Virus record (IMG/VR): IMGVR_UViG_3300045988_167796
Location: 68,032 to 132,031 of that record
Source: a virus
Direction: 5' to 3' (one strand)
DNA length: 64,000 nt
Shown here: positions 38,341 to 48,911 of the stretch, piece by piece
Layout of the letters: each line of letters begins with the position of its first letter
Numbering within the stretch: position 1 is the stretch's first letter
Translations under genes and position numbers: made by a program
The notes under the pieces: generated by a model
The model's database searches: none
Seen by the model: the letters and a program-made list of their open reading frames with translations, nothing else
Told to the model about the DNA's origin: nothing

Positions 38341-41300
38341 TTACAATATTCTTCTTGGAACTCCGGCAGCATAAGCATCTTTTGCAATATTATTACTTAT
38401 CTTTCCGGTCATACTGTTAACGAATTCTCTGTTATTTACAAGCTGTTTCGATAATGCCTTTAAATCATCCATTACATTTTTGTCAACATTACCATTCACA
38501 GTAATCAAAGAATCATAATGTACTATAGGAGCATTTTCCGTATTATTGTAATATGTAGCATATTTATTTATGTTCTCACTAAATGCTTTCATAATATCCA
38601 TAGAAGGCTTTATGTTCTTCGCAAATTCTTCAGGTATTACATATTCCCCAGGTTTAATTCCAATGACTCCTTTATCGCCATTTGCTATCACAGCTTCACC
38701 GAGGAATCCTAACATATTAGCCGGGATATAGTTGTCAACGATACCACCTTTTGAATATCCTGCTTTCTTTAACTGGTTTAACAACCAAATATTCTGAGTA
38801 GCAGTACCAGAATACGTGCCAGATCCTTTCAGATTCTTCCAAAGTTGTGTTCTAGCAGCGTTATCAGATTTATAGCCATAATAAGCCATTCTATCTACGA
38901 TCGATACATCCTTGCTAAGGCTACTATTACCTTTCATGGATGTATCTTTTGCAATACCAGACCATATATCTGTATTTGTTGTTCCTGTTGTTGTATTATT
39001 TCCTTCTAAACTTCCAGTCCACTTCAACTCATCATTTTGAGTCGCGTTGTTATTATCTGCCAAAGTCCCGAACGTGCCAGGCTTTTCAACAACTGTAACT
39101 TTACAAGTAGATTTCTTTTTAGAACGTGCTTCCTCAACAGTAATTATTGCTGTACCTTTAGAGACAGCAGTGACAACACCTGTATTTAGAACTTTTGCAA
39201 CTTTGGGACTGCTTGAAGACCATGTGAAATTCGCAGGAGCATTTTCCGGAATGACATTTGCTTTTAAAGTGATCTTATCACCAATAAACATCGTCACTCT
39301 TGACTGGTCTAAAATAACCTTATCGGCTGAAACATATTCAATACCAGTTCCACCACCTAAAGAGTTATTACTGTTATTCACAGTATCTGCAACTTTAGAA
39401 GTGTTTCCAGATGTGAGAACTTTAAGTCCAGTATTATTGGAAGCCTGAACTGCTGTATCTGCTTTTGTATCTTTAGCGCTTCCGGTATTGAACACATTGG
39501 AAACTTCCTCATATGCAGATTTTGATTGCTCTAAAACTTCTTTTAGCTTCTGTTCAACAGTATCAAGTGAATCATTAAAAGTTTCTGATAACACAAGACC
39601 ATGGTTCTCAATAATAGAATCAAGATTACTAAAAGTACTTTCATACGATGTAGTTACTTGTGCAAGCATACTGTCAATAACCTGATTCTGCATCTCTGTG
39701 TTAGTACGCAGAGAATTAAGAGTGTTATCAAGATTCTTGTCAATATCTTCACTCAACTGATCGTATGCATCAGACTTCATTTCATATTCATGATTGTATC
39801 TGGTTTCTTCAAGTTCATCCTCTGCATCTGCAATCTGAGCCTTGATTTTAGCAAGACGGGCTTTTGAACTGGCATCCGTAACACCTTCAAGGGCTGCTGC
39901 CTGTGCTTTCAGAATATTCAGTTCCTTAGTCTGATTTTTCAGTTGTTTATCATAATCATGATATTTTTTCTTAGCGTCCAGAGCGTTCTTGTATCCAGTA
40001 ATATCTTCCTGCATTAACTCATTTTTCTTCTGTAGCTGTTCCTCATACAAATCAAGTATAGACTGCTTATATGTTTCAGCAGCTTTAGCAGAGTCAAGAA
40101 GACCATCCTGTAACTCTTTCAGCTTTTCATTATATTCTTCCTGTGACCAGTTACCGTTTGCATATTGCTCATTGAGATTATCAATCTGCTTTCTGTAATT
40201 CGCCATCTTGGTTTTGGTGGCATCAATACTTTCCTGGAGAAGCAGGAGATTAGTCAAGCCATTTTCTGTAAATGAACCATCCGAATCAGAAATGAATGTA
40301 TCAGAATTCATAAGGTCACGAAGAGAATCATATTCAGACACAAGATTGCTCAATTTTTCCTGTGCATCATCAAACGGCTTCCAACGAAGTTCCATCATTG
40401 AATTCTTAAGTTCTTCATTATCAGCAGAAAGATTCAATATTTCTACGTCAAGCTGAGAAATTTCATCTGCATACTTCTGATATTCTTCGCTGTTATATGC
40501 ATATTTCTCCATGCTCTTAGCTTTTTCTTCACGTTCCTTATACAGAGCTGCAATCTGACTGTTGTTATTTTTAATCTGCTCTCTGTAGTCTTGCTCAGTA
40601 ACAGTATAACCATCAGCAACTTCTTTATAATTCGTAGCAGCATCCAACTTATCTGATACGCGACTATATTTATTAACACGCCATTCCGTAATCTGTTCTC
40701 TGGACTCATCCAGTGTTTTCGTCCATTCTGTAAGGGATGTCATACTCTCATATAAAGCCCGTCCAACACCAGTAAGATTGGCCTGCATTTCGCGGTATGC
40801 TGTTGATTCTGTACCATATTTCTTACCGTATTCTGCAAGTTGCTTTTTATATGCATTGTATTCAGCCTTCAGCATTGCAATATTGCTCTTTTCATATGCA
40901 ATCTGTTGCTGGATCAGTTTTGTATAGCCGGAACCAGGAGAAATGGTCATACCGCTTGTTTCACGGTAATCCAATTTTGCACTGACTAAATCTTGACCTG
41001 TTTTATTCTTATTTATATAAGAATCGTATACATCCAATATATTAGAAAGTTTCTGTGCGGCAAGTTCTACCTGTTCAGCATATTTTTCTTCTGCTGACTG
41101 ACGGGCGGCAATAGCCTTGTCATACCATTTTGAATATGCTTCCACCTTGCTCAGTTCGTCTTCTGAAAGCTGTTGGATGTCTACAATACCTTCTTGAACT
41201 TTCTTTTTTAGTTCAGCAGATAATCCAACCTGAGAAGCAACATTGTCGGCATAAGCCATGTATTTTTTATAAGCATCTTTATAATATTTTACTTCTTTGC

Positions 41301-44300
41301 CTGTTAACGTTTCGGCAAGAGTGATATTCTTATTCTTCTGATTGATAGAAGACTTGTTTTCGGAAATTGCCTTGTACAGGTTGATCTTACTTTCTGTTCT
41401 GGATATGAGTGTTTCAATCCAATCTTTAACATTATCAGAGATTTTCTTGATAAGGTCTGAGAGTGCTTCGCTGGCTGTTGAAATAGAATCTGCAGAAGAA
41501 GAAAGATCGGAAGCGGCTTTTTCTAAGTCTTTAGAAGTCGATGAATCTGATGTTGTATTTTTATTACCGCCAATAGTTTGTCCTGAACTATTTATGGTAG
41601 CATAAGCAGGCATACCATTATAAGCTAATGTACCGGACGCAAGGGCACGAGCATGTCCTTTTGCTTTACCATGCTTCATAAGATCTTCTGTTTGTTGTGC
41701 GTTTAAAACTATGTCGCCTTTCTTTAATGCCTGTGTATGCATTCCAGGAGGTAGTAACATCCATTTATCCCCACGGACAATTGACTCACGACCTAACTCA
41801 TTTACTAAAGCAACTTCGTCATGTTCTAATGCTACTTTTCCATTTGAATATGCATTCTTATAATTAATTGCATTATATGCTGTTCCATAAGCATGTGTAG
41901 GAACTGAAGATGGAGACGACATTGTACCATGAGCAACCCCATTACCACTTTTATTTACTGTGATAGTAGCAGTTCTATGATTTATGCTTGCAACAGCTGC
42001 ATTTACTGCATTTATAAGATTGTTTGTATTACCATCAATTTTAATGGTTGCAGTTCTATGATTAATGTTTGCAACAGTTGTGTTTGCTACATCTATAGCC
42101 TGAGATGGGTCTGCATCAATTTTAATTTGTGGTTCTTGGTCTTTTGCGTATTCTACAGTTTCGTCTACTTTTTCTTTTGCTGGCTCATTATTACCATCAA
42201 TCGTAATTTCTGTAGTATTTTGGCTTGCAAGTAATTGACCAAATTGGTCTTCAGCCATCCTGACTGTAACAGATGCATCTGCGCCTTCTTTAATTGTCTG
42301 TAATGACTCACGTATTGCAGATAATTTTTCTGTAGCACCTTCATCATTAACGTCAACACCACATTTAACAGCAAATTCAGGATCTTCCATACCAAGTAAA
42401 GCATCAATATCGCCATTTGTATTATTTAAAGCAAGATTTACTTTTTGTTGTATTTCAGTTTGTTCTATCAACGAACATATAGCATCGTACTCATCTGTTT
42501 CTGGAACAAGTTTTGCTTTGATATTAATCAGATCGGTATATCTTTGTGAAAGCTCGTCATCTGACATTTCAGAAATATTGGCGGTCAAATCAATATTTGA
42601 ATTAATCTGACCGAGTTCCTGCATCCTTTCAAGCTTAGTAATACCATCTTGTACAGACTGAGTATCAACATCAACTTTTGGTTTTAAAGCACCAATAGCT
42701 TGTAGTGCGTTCAAAAGCTGAGATACTTGTTCTTGTGATAATCCGGCCTGATCTGCAATTGCCTGTAAAGCATCTTCGGCAGCTGTCATATCACCAGATA
42801 CATCATATTGTCCATTTTCTAATTTGATATTCTGTAAATCTTCTGCACTATACTGGCGCAGTACATCGAAATAGTCTTTAAACGCATCTTTTTGTTCTAT
42901 CAACTTAAATTTTGTTGTGTCAAAATTCTTAGTTTCTTCTGGTGATAAAGATAATCCTAAGTCTTCAGCTGATAATGGATTTTCTATAGAACCAATTCCT
43001 GCGTCTTTTATTGCTTGATTTAAAGAAGTTTCGTCAACTTCGAAGTTGGTAATTTTTACGCCGTACTCTTTTCCAAGATTCTCAATTACTTTACCAAGAC
43101 CTTCTGCTAATTGAGTATTTCCGGATTTTTCAGCTTCTTTTCTTATTTTATTTAAATAAGATACTTGATCTTTTAAACTTGAAAGACCTTCTGCATATGA
43201 TTCTGCGGAAACCTGTTTATATGTTTCTGTAGCAGTGGTCAAATCAATAACCTGACCTTTTAACTGCTCAATAACTGCCATTTGATCTGCAATTGCTGTT
43301 TCGGAAGCGCCTGATGATTGCATTTCAGCAAGTTTTGCATACGCATCTACGAGTTTTGTATTTGCTTCCTGTATCTTTTCTGTTCCTTCTGTTTCAGAAA
43401 GAACAGTAGTATCAACAAATCCATAATCCTGTGTTTTAGCAAGAACATCATTAAAGAATTCTTGTCCCATATCCATATCATAAGCTGCCTTTTTAGCATC
43501 TTCGATATTAATTTTCCAAGACTTTACTCCGTTAGCAAGAGTTTCATATGTAGCGTATCCTTTTTTATTTAAATCTTCTAAGAAGTTTACTACACCTTTA
43601 GAAGAATCTTCTGTAAGATATCTTTGAGCTTTTGCATAGTTTTCTGCAAAGTTAGCAGCGTCTTCAAAACCGTTAGGAGATAAGTACTTAGCAACAGTTT
43701 TGAAATCATCTGTTCCAACTAAGTTTTTATCATATGCTTCTTTTGCGGTCTTTAAATCAGAAATCATCTGATCATAATTACTTCCGGCATTCTTTGTGTT
43801 CTTAGCATCTTGAATTGCCTGGAAATCAGACATTTGTTCCATCTGAGATTTATACTGAGCAAAATATTGAGCTTGTCTCTGCATTAATCCTTCAAGATTA
43901 CTTTGCATTGCCTGTAATTTAGAATCAGTATTTCCTAATCCTATTTGATCCTGATAAGACTTAATAGCATCTTTCTGACGGTTGATTTCTTCAGTAAATT
44001 TACCTTCCTGAATGGAATTTTGTTGATTGATAAAATCTTTAAGAGCAGAAGTGTTGACTTTTACACCTTTAGCTGATAAATAGAATACAGAAGACGGATC
44101 GTATCCTTCAAGGTCACTAAACTGAGTATTCAGCGCTTTTATTGAATCATTCGTTAATCCTGTTTCAGACTGAAGTTCGCTCATTGCAGATGAGAGAGAA
44201 GAAGAGAGATTTTCAGCATTTGTCACCGGAAGATTCTGCATAGCTTCAGTCCACTCATACTGACTAACAAGCATATTATCTATAGATGCATTGCATTCAT

Positions 44301-46638
44301 CTATAGCATTTTGATATTCTTTTGCTTTTTCAGGATTATCGTTATACGACTTTTTAAGATTCTCATTTTCTTTAATTTGCTCTTTAAGATTTGTAATCTG
44401 ATCATTACCATTAGATATTAATTTCGCATAGTCTGATTCATTTACTTTTAATCCAAGAGCAGTTTTATTATCCATATCTGACTGAATTCGAGAAGCATCA
44501 TTTTGAATATATGATAAATCTTTTCCAAGATCTGCTAATTTCTGTGTATTGACATCAATTTCAATCTGAGGTCTTAATGATTCAATTTTGGCAATCCATT
44601 CAGTAATTGTTGCATATGCCATTGACGGATCTGCTGAAAGCTTCAAAATTGCAGTCATTGCGTTTTCATCACCGGCATATTGTGACATTAATTTATTAAT
44701 GTTATTACCAAGAATTTCCTTATTAAAATCAGAACCGGCAGAAGCAAATAAATTGTCACTTATAATTTTCTGGATATTATCAAAGCTAATATCCGACATA
44801 TTCACAGAATCCAATAATGTCTGTATGTATTTCTCAACATTCTTCTTTTTTTCAGGATCTGTTATATCTTTAGTTTTTTCACGAATACCAATAAGTGACT
44901 CGTTAAGATTTGATAATGTTAATTTAGACAATCCTTGTTCAAGATTATCTGTCTCAGATGCAAGTTCCGGAAATTGTTGAATCAAATCTGTAATATCAGA
45001 ACTCTTAAAGTCTCCAGATTTCAAAGAATCCATAGCGGATTTTATAGATGATATATTAGACTGTAATTTGTCTGTAATATCTTGAATAGTAGAAGGAGCC
45101 TCTTCGCCTTTATCTAATAAATCCTCTAAGGAGATTGGATTTTCTTGAAGCACTTCTTTTGCTGCATCTTGTGCTTTCTTAAAATTATAAGAAATATCTT
45201 CGAGATTCCAATCAGAACCATCAAGATTTTGAGTTGAATAATAATTCCAGAAGTTTTCTATTTCTTTATCTGTCTTATCATTAAAGAAATCAAATAAACT
45301 TGGCCCAAAAACATTTTCGTCTTTTAAGAAAATATCTTTTAAGTTTTGTTTGATTCCATCTATATTATAAGCATTTGGATCCGCTATATACATGATTTGA
45401 TCTGCTAAAGTTTCAGCACTAATTCCTGCTTTATCTAAAGCATCAGACAATCCTTCTATTTCAGAAATTTTTGATATAATAGCGTCTTTTCCTTGTTTCT
45501 TCCCTAATCTAACAAGACTTTCTTCGACATTTTCAAATTTTGCTTTTGCAAATATGTTATTGATTTTTTCTACTTGAGATTTTGCCGCGTCTACACCTGT
45601 AGAGTAATTATTGTTCATATTATTTACTCTATCAACAATGCTCTCATATCCCGTCTTAACATTTCCGTTTACATCATAAAAATACGAAGCAGATTCATTA
45701 ATATCTGTTATATTCTCAGATATCTTATTATTAAGATCGCTAATCTCTTTTTCATATTCTTTAATTTGTCTTGTATTAGAATTATATTCGCGTTTATCCC
45801 AGAATTTTGTTAGATCTAAATTTGCTTGTTGTTTATAAAGTTCATCGCGTCTTTGCTGAACAAATTTCATTCTTTCGATCATACTGTTTGTATCATCAAT
45901 AATATCATTATTTGTATACGTTTCAGCACCATCTTCTGAGAATGTATATTTTTTATCTTTTGTTTCTAACTTTGTTTTTGCGTCTTTTGTAGCTTGTTCT
46001 TCTTGGATAGTTGCAATTTTTTGTTTTATTGCAATTTGCGCTTCCAGAAGGTCATTTTGTGTTTGCAAGTTACTTAATTCTGCCTGATCAACAATAGATA
46101 AATTTTCCATTGCATTTAATTCAGCAATTCTTGATTTTGTTGTTTCAAGCTGAGAATTTAATGAATCTAATTCTGATTTTGTAGATGTGAATGTACTGGA
46201 AGATTCGTCAAAATGCTTATTTGCAGTTTTTTGTGTGAAAACAAATTTATCATCTAATTTTTTAAATACTGCAAATGCCGCTGCAGATGCTACAATAGCT
46301 CCTGTAAGAAGAGGAAATGCAGTTACAACGCCTTTTATAACCGTCCACAGTCCAGTAAGAGCATTCTTACCAGTGCTAGCCATTTCTGCAAGTTTTCCAC
46401 CGACACCAGTTGCTGCGGTACCGACATTATTGAGAGCAGCTTCTGCTTCAGCTATATCACCAAGATTGAATGCTTTATATAATGCTTGAACGTTAGTATC
46501 TTTACCAAGATTTGAATATTTTGATAACAATTCTGCTGCTTTTTCTACGGAACCAGTCCCTTTTAACAGTTTATATAAATCATCTATGTTAGAAGTCTGT
46601 ATTGCTTTTATAATTTTCCCGATATTACTTAATGACAA
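38341..46638 (-). CDS. tape measure protein, distal segment (2765 aa; hydrophobic TMP core, long coiled coils, C-terminal Big_2 domain)
   Basis: N-term GVGGKLAEMASTGKNALTGLWTVIKGVVTAFPLLTGAIVASAAAFAVF typical TMP hydrophobic block; annotated TTG start has no RBS and the frame is open upstream to 46683. Confidence 0.6.
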   Translation of the reverse strand: MSLSNIGKIIKAIQTSNIDDLYKLLKGTGSVEKAAELLSKYSNLGKDTNVQALYKAFNLGDIAEAEAALNNVGTAATGVGGKLAEMASTGKNALTGLWTVIKGVVTAFPLLTGAIVASAAAFAVFKKLDDKFVFTQKTANKHFDESSSTFTSTKSELDSLNSQLETTKSRIAELNAMENLSIVDQAELSNLQTQNDLLEAQIAIKQKIATIQEEQATKDAKTKLETKDKKYTFSEDGAETYTNNDIIDDTNSMIERMKFVQQRRDELYKQQANLDLTKFWDKREYNSNTRQIKEYEKEISDLNNKISENITDINESASYFYDVNGNVKTGYESIVDRVNNMNNNYSTGVDAAKSQVEKINNIFAKAKFENVEESLVRLGKKQGKDAIISKISEIEGLSDALDKAGISAETLADQIMYIADPNAYNIDGIKQNLKDIFLKDENVFGPSLFDFFNDKTDKEIENFWNYYSTQNLDGSDWNLEDISYNFKKAQDAAKEVLQENPISLEDLLDKGEEAPSTIQDITDKLQSNISSIKSAMDSLKSGDFKSSDITDLIQQFPELASETDNLEQGLSKLTLSNLNESLIGIREKTKDITDPEKKKNVEKYIQTLLDSVNMSDISFDNIQKIISDNLFASAGSDFNKEILGNNINKLMSQYAGDENAMTAILKLSADPSMAYATITEWIAKIESLRPQIEIDVNTQKLADLGKDLSYIQNDASRIQSDMDNKTALGLKVNESDYAKLISNGNDQITNLKEQIKENENLKKSYNDNPEKAKEYQNAIDECNASIDNMLVSQYEWTEAMQNLPVTNAENLSSSLSSAMSELQSETGLTNDSIKALNTQFSDLEGYDPSSVFYLSAKGVKVNTSALKDFINQQNSIQEGKFTEEINRQKDAIKSYQDQIGLGNTDSKLQAMQSNLEGLMQRQAQYFAQYKSQMEQMSDFQAIQDAKNTKNAGSNYDQMISDLKTAKEAYDKNLVGTDDFKTVAKYLSPNGFEDAANFAENYAKAQRYLTEDSSKGVVNFLEDLNKKGYATYETLANGVKSWKINIEDAKKAAYDMDMGQEFFNDVLAKTQDYGFVDTTVLSETEGTEKIQEANTKLVDAYAKLAEMQSSGASETAIADQMAVIEQLKGQVIDLTTATETYKQVSAESYAEGLSSLKDQVSYLNKIRKEAEKSGNTQLAEGLGKVIENLGKEYGVKITNFEVDETSLNQAIKDAGIGSIENPLSAEDLGLSLSPEETKNFDTTKFKLIEQKDAFKDYFDVLRQYSAEDLQNIKLENGQYDVSGDMTAAEDALQAIADQAGLSQEQVSQLLNALQAIGALKPKVDVDTQSVQDGITKLERMQELGQINSNIDLTANISEMSDDELSQRYTDLINIKAKLVPETDEYDAICSLIEQTEIQQKVNLALNNTNGDIDALLGMEDPEFAVKCGVDVNDEGATEKLSAIRESLQTIKEGADASVTVRMAEDQFGQLLASQNTTEITIDGNNEPAKEKVDETVEYAKDQEPQIKIDADPSQAIDVANTTVANINHRTATIKIDGNTNNLINAVNAAVASINHRTATITVNKSGNGVAHGTMSSPSSVPTHAYGTAYNAINYKNAYSNGKVALEHDEVALVNELGRESIVRGDKWMLLPPGMHTQALKKGDIVLNAQQTEDLMKHGKAKGHARALASGTLAYNGMPAYATINSSGQTIGGNKNTTSDSSTSKDLEKAASDLSSSADSISTASEALSDLIKKISDNVKDWIETLISRTESKINLYKAISENKSSINQKNKNITLAETLTGKEVKYYKDAYKKYMAYADNVASQVGLSAELKKKVQEGIVDIQQLSEDELSKVEAYSKWYDKAIAARQSAEEKYAEQVELAAQKLSNILDVYDSYINKNKTGQDLVSAKLDYRETSGMTISPGSGYTKLIQQQIAYEKSNIAMLKAEYNAYKKQLAEYGKKYGTESTAYREMQANLTGVGRALYESMTSLTEWTKTLDESREQITEWRVNKYSRVSDKLDAATNYKEVADGYTVTEQDYREQIKNNNSQIAALYKEREEKAKSMEKYAYNSEEYQKYADEISQLDVEILNLSADNEELKNSMMELRWKPFDDAQEKLSNLVSEYDSLRDLMNSDTFISDSDGSFTENGLTNLLLLQESIDATKTKMANYRKQIDNLNEQYANGNWSQEEYNEKLKELQDGLLDSAKAAETYKQSILDLYEEQLQKKNELMQEDITGYKNALDAKKKYHDYDKQLKNQTKELNILKAQAAALEGVTDASSKARLAKIKAQIADAEDELEETRYNHEYEMKSDAYDQLSEDIDKNLDNTLNSLRTNTEMQNQVIDSMLAQVTTSYESTFSNLDSIIENHGLVLSETFNDSLDTVEQKLKEVLEQSKSAYEEVSNVFNTGSAKDTKADTAVQASNNTGLKVLTSGNTSKVADTVNNSNNSLGGGTGIEYVSADKVILDQSRVTMFIGDKITLKANVIPENAPANFTWSSSSPKVAKVLNTGVVTAVSKGTAIITVEEARSKKKSTCKVTVVEKPGTFGTLADNNNATQNDELKWTGSLEGNNTTTGTTNTDIWSGIAKDTSMKGNSSLSKDVSIVDRMAYYGYKSDNAARTQLWKNLKGSGTYSGTATQNIWLLNQLKKAGYSKGGIVDNYIPANMLGFLGEAVIANGDKGVIGIKPGEYVIPEEFAKNIKPSMDIMKAFSENINKYATYYNNTENAPIVHYDSLITVNGNVDKNVMDDLKALSKQLVNNREFVNSMTGKISNNIAKDAYAAGVPRRIL

Positions 46639-46660
46639 TATGATAAATAAGATGTATAAT
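46632..46660 (+). promoter_or_regulatory. sigma-70-like promoter ATGACA-17-TATAAT for cargo genes
   Basis: hexamers upstream of aaaaaaggagag RBS. Confidence 0.45.
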
Positions 46661-46686
46661 ATAAATAAAAAAGGAGAGCGATTTCA

Positions 46687-47112
46687 ATGTTAATAAAATG
46701 TCCTGAGTGTGGTAAAGAAGTATCAGATCAATCTGAAGCATGTATTCATTGTGGATATCCGCTGTTAAAAAACAGGAGATCGTCTGTGACTGAGTACCAT
46801 GGAGAATGCCCATTCTGTCATGCAATAGATAATTGGAGAATAGATACTGAAAAAGGAGAAGCTATTTGTAATAAATGTGGATGGCGAGAAACTATTGATG
46901 ATACGCAGTGGAAAATATATTGCAAGCTACAAAGAGAACGTGAACAAAAAGAATCCGAAAAAAAACAATCCGAGAATCTTCCAAAATGTCCAAAATGTGG
47001 TTCAACATCTATAGGAACAAAGAATAGAGGATATTCTCTTATCTGGGGATTTTTAGGATCCGGAAGCCCTAGAAATGTATGCCAGAAATGTGGCTATGAG
47101 TGGAGGCCGTAA
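46687..47112 (+). CDS. triple zinc-ribbon protein (3x CPxCG...CxxCG)
   Basis: strong RBS; three CxxC..CxxC pairs. Confidence 0.55.
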   Translation: MLIKCPECGKEVSDQSEACIHCGYPLLKNRRSSVTEYHGECPFCHAIDNWRIDTEKGEAICNKCGWRETIDDTQWKIYCKLQREREQKESEKKQSENLPKCPKCGSTSIGTKNRGYSLIWGFLGSGSPRNVCQKCGYEWRP

Positions 47113-47134
47113 ACTTACCAAAAGGATATACACT

Positions 47135-47896
47135 ATGATTACAAATAATGAAAACGACAGAAGAATCATTAAAGAAACATACGATTATTTCAATAAAAAC
47201 GCTTATAGCATACAAGAAATGAGTATTGATAATATATATGTATGCAATGATATTCAAAACGACATTAATATATTTTTAAACAATGATCATATAAATAAGC
47301 AATGTAATGGTCATACTATTTATAAAAATGCAAAAAAAACTGAAGATATAATTATTTTAGTAGAATTGCGTGAAAATATGCCAGATAACATAATAACATT
47401 ATTCCACGAATTTATTCATGTGTATGATATCAAGTTGTTCTTACAAAAATATCATACTCTTGATAATGATTATTTTTATGCATATACAGTATGGAGTGAA
47501 TTTCATGCTTGTTATATAAGTGAAAAATTATTAATAGAATACTATAAAAATAATGGTATCCCAAATATAATAAATGATTTTTTAAGTACAAAAGAAGAAC
47601 AAATCAATGAAATACTTAAATATATAAGAATTGCTCACAACCGCGAGATGTCAATATTTGATAAAATGAATATTTTTGCTAAGCTTTTTCTTTTCGGGTA
47701 TTATGAAGATTGCGGCTATCATTTTGTATATGAATTTATAGACCATTTTTATAATGATTTAGAAGATCGTATTAAAAATTATAATATTACAAATTATTTA
47801 TATCAATGTTTGGAAAATGATTTTAATATTGACACTATTACTTATTTTAAAGAGTTGATTTTTGTTAAAGATATTAGCGACTCATCTACTTCATAA
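47135..47896 (+). CDS. HExxH-motif protein, possibly ImmA/IrrE-like metallopeptidase (ORF track start 47075)
   Basis: HEFIH motif; aaaaggat RBS before ATG 47135. Confidence 0.45.
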   Translation: MITNNENDRRIIKETYDYFNKNAYSIQEMSIDNIYVCNDIQNDINIFLNNDHINKQCNGHTIYKNAKKTEDIIILVELRENMPDNIITLFHEFIHVYDIKLFLQKYHTLDNDYFYAYTVWSEFHACYISEKLLIEYYKNNGIPNIINDFLSTKEEQINEILKYIRIAHNREMSIFDKMNIFAKLFLFGYYEDCGYHFVYEFIDHFYNDLEDRIKNYNITNYLYQCLENDFNIDTITYFKELIFVKDISDSSTS

Positions 47897-47910
47897 TACG
47901 TAAAACATTA

Positions 47911-47945
47911 AAAGAGCAGATTATTCTTTCTGCTCTTTATCATCT
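47911..47945 (+). terminator. rho-independent terminator (10-bp perfect stem)
   Basis: aaagagcaga-ttattctt-tctgctcttt. Confidence 0.55.
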
Positions 47946-48036
47946 TTATAAAATATTTTATTATCATCAATACATATTCCATGACATATAATTGTGCTAG
48001 AATCGATTATTTGATATCTATCTTTACATATAAACA

Positions 48037-48501
48037 TTAATTCCAATTCACCATCCATGATATCACCTCTTCAATTGTCATTTCTGGAAATACTGTTTTC
48101 ACTATTTCAAAAGTATGCTTTTTTACTATTGTTTCATTTATCTCTTGAAAATAATAATGTACTAATTCTTCAATAAAAATAAATAATTGCATATGTTTAT
48201 TATTGCATCTAATGATTTTTTCCATTGAATAAATAATCAATGGCATACATCTCCCATATGTTGTAATAATTTCTTCTGTCACTGAAAAACTTCCATCTTT
48301 AGAAAAAATTAAATTAACCGGAAGATACTTAGAAGGATCTATTTGTTTTTCGTACAACGATCTGCTTAAAGCTTCTAATCCTTTTGTAAATAAGCATGCC
48401 AACTGTTCTGGAACTTCATATAAAGCATTCATATGAATCCTATCAGAAAAATATGGCGGAGCTATAGGAGCATAAGTTTTTACTGAATTATCTATTCTCA
48501 T
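48037..48501 (-). CDS. hypothetical 154-aa protein inside TMP intervening sequence 2
   Basis: ORF track; aaaggatt RBS. Confidence 0.4.
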   Translation of the reverse strand: MRIDNSVKTYAPIAPPYFSDRIHMNALYEVPEQLACLFTKGLEALSRSLYEKQIDPSKYLPVNLIFSKDGSFSVTEEIITTYGRCMPLIIYSMEKIIRCNNKHMQLFIFIEELVHYYFQEINETIVKKHTFEIVKTVFPEMTIEEVISWMVNWN

Positions 48502-48911
48502 ATTGATATAATCCTTTGTATTATTTGTATGATTATATCATAAATAATTAAATATGCAAACTGTTTTTACCTTCATCAGCAAACGGCAGAAGAGTAGTGC
48601 CGAGTGGAATACCACTATTTTTTTACCTTGGAACATTCATTAAAAGCATATACAATTATGGCATGTATATACTCTCAGGAAGGGTGCTCTCTCTACACTT
48701 CCTAACTTTTTATATGTTTCCCTCGCCATTGCTTGCGCAACTTCTACTAACGTATCACATATTACTAAACGTAAGTTAGGTTGGCTCGTGCGTCACCGCG
48801 GAACATAAATATATTTCTATAAATATGCTTTTGTTTCATCCTTTTTCGCTGTAGCGGCTTCGACGAATTAATCCTGTATTTATTTTATGCCGATCATAAT
48901 CACTGCATTGA

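Noticed and set aside
39047-46489. Multiple 60-140-aa plus-strand ORFs inside the TMP gene (e.g. 39047..39448, 44588..44980, 46187..46489)
   Set aside because: Antisense frames of a long A/T/S-rich coiled-coil coding region; no RBS or promoters; spurious.
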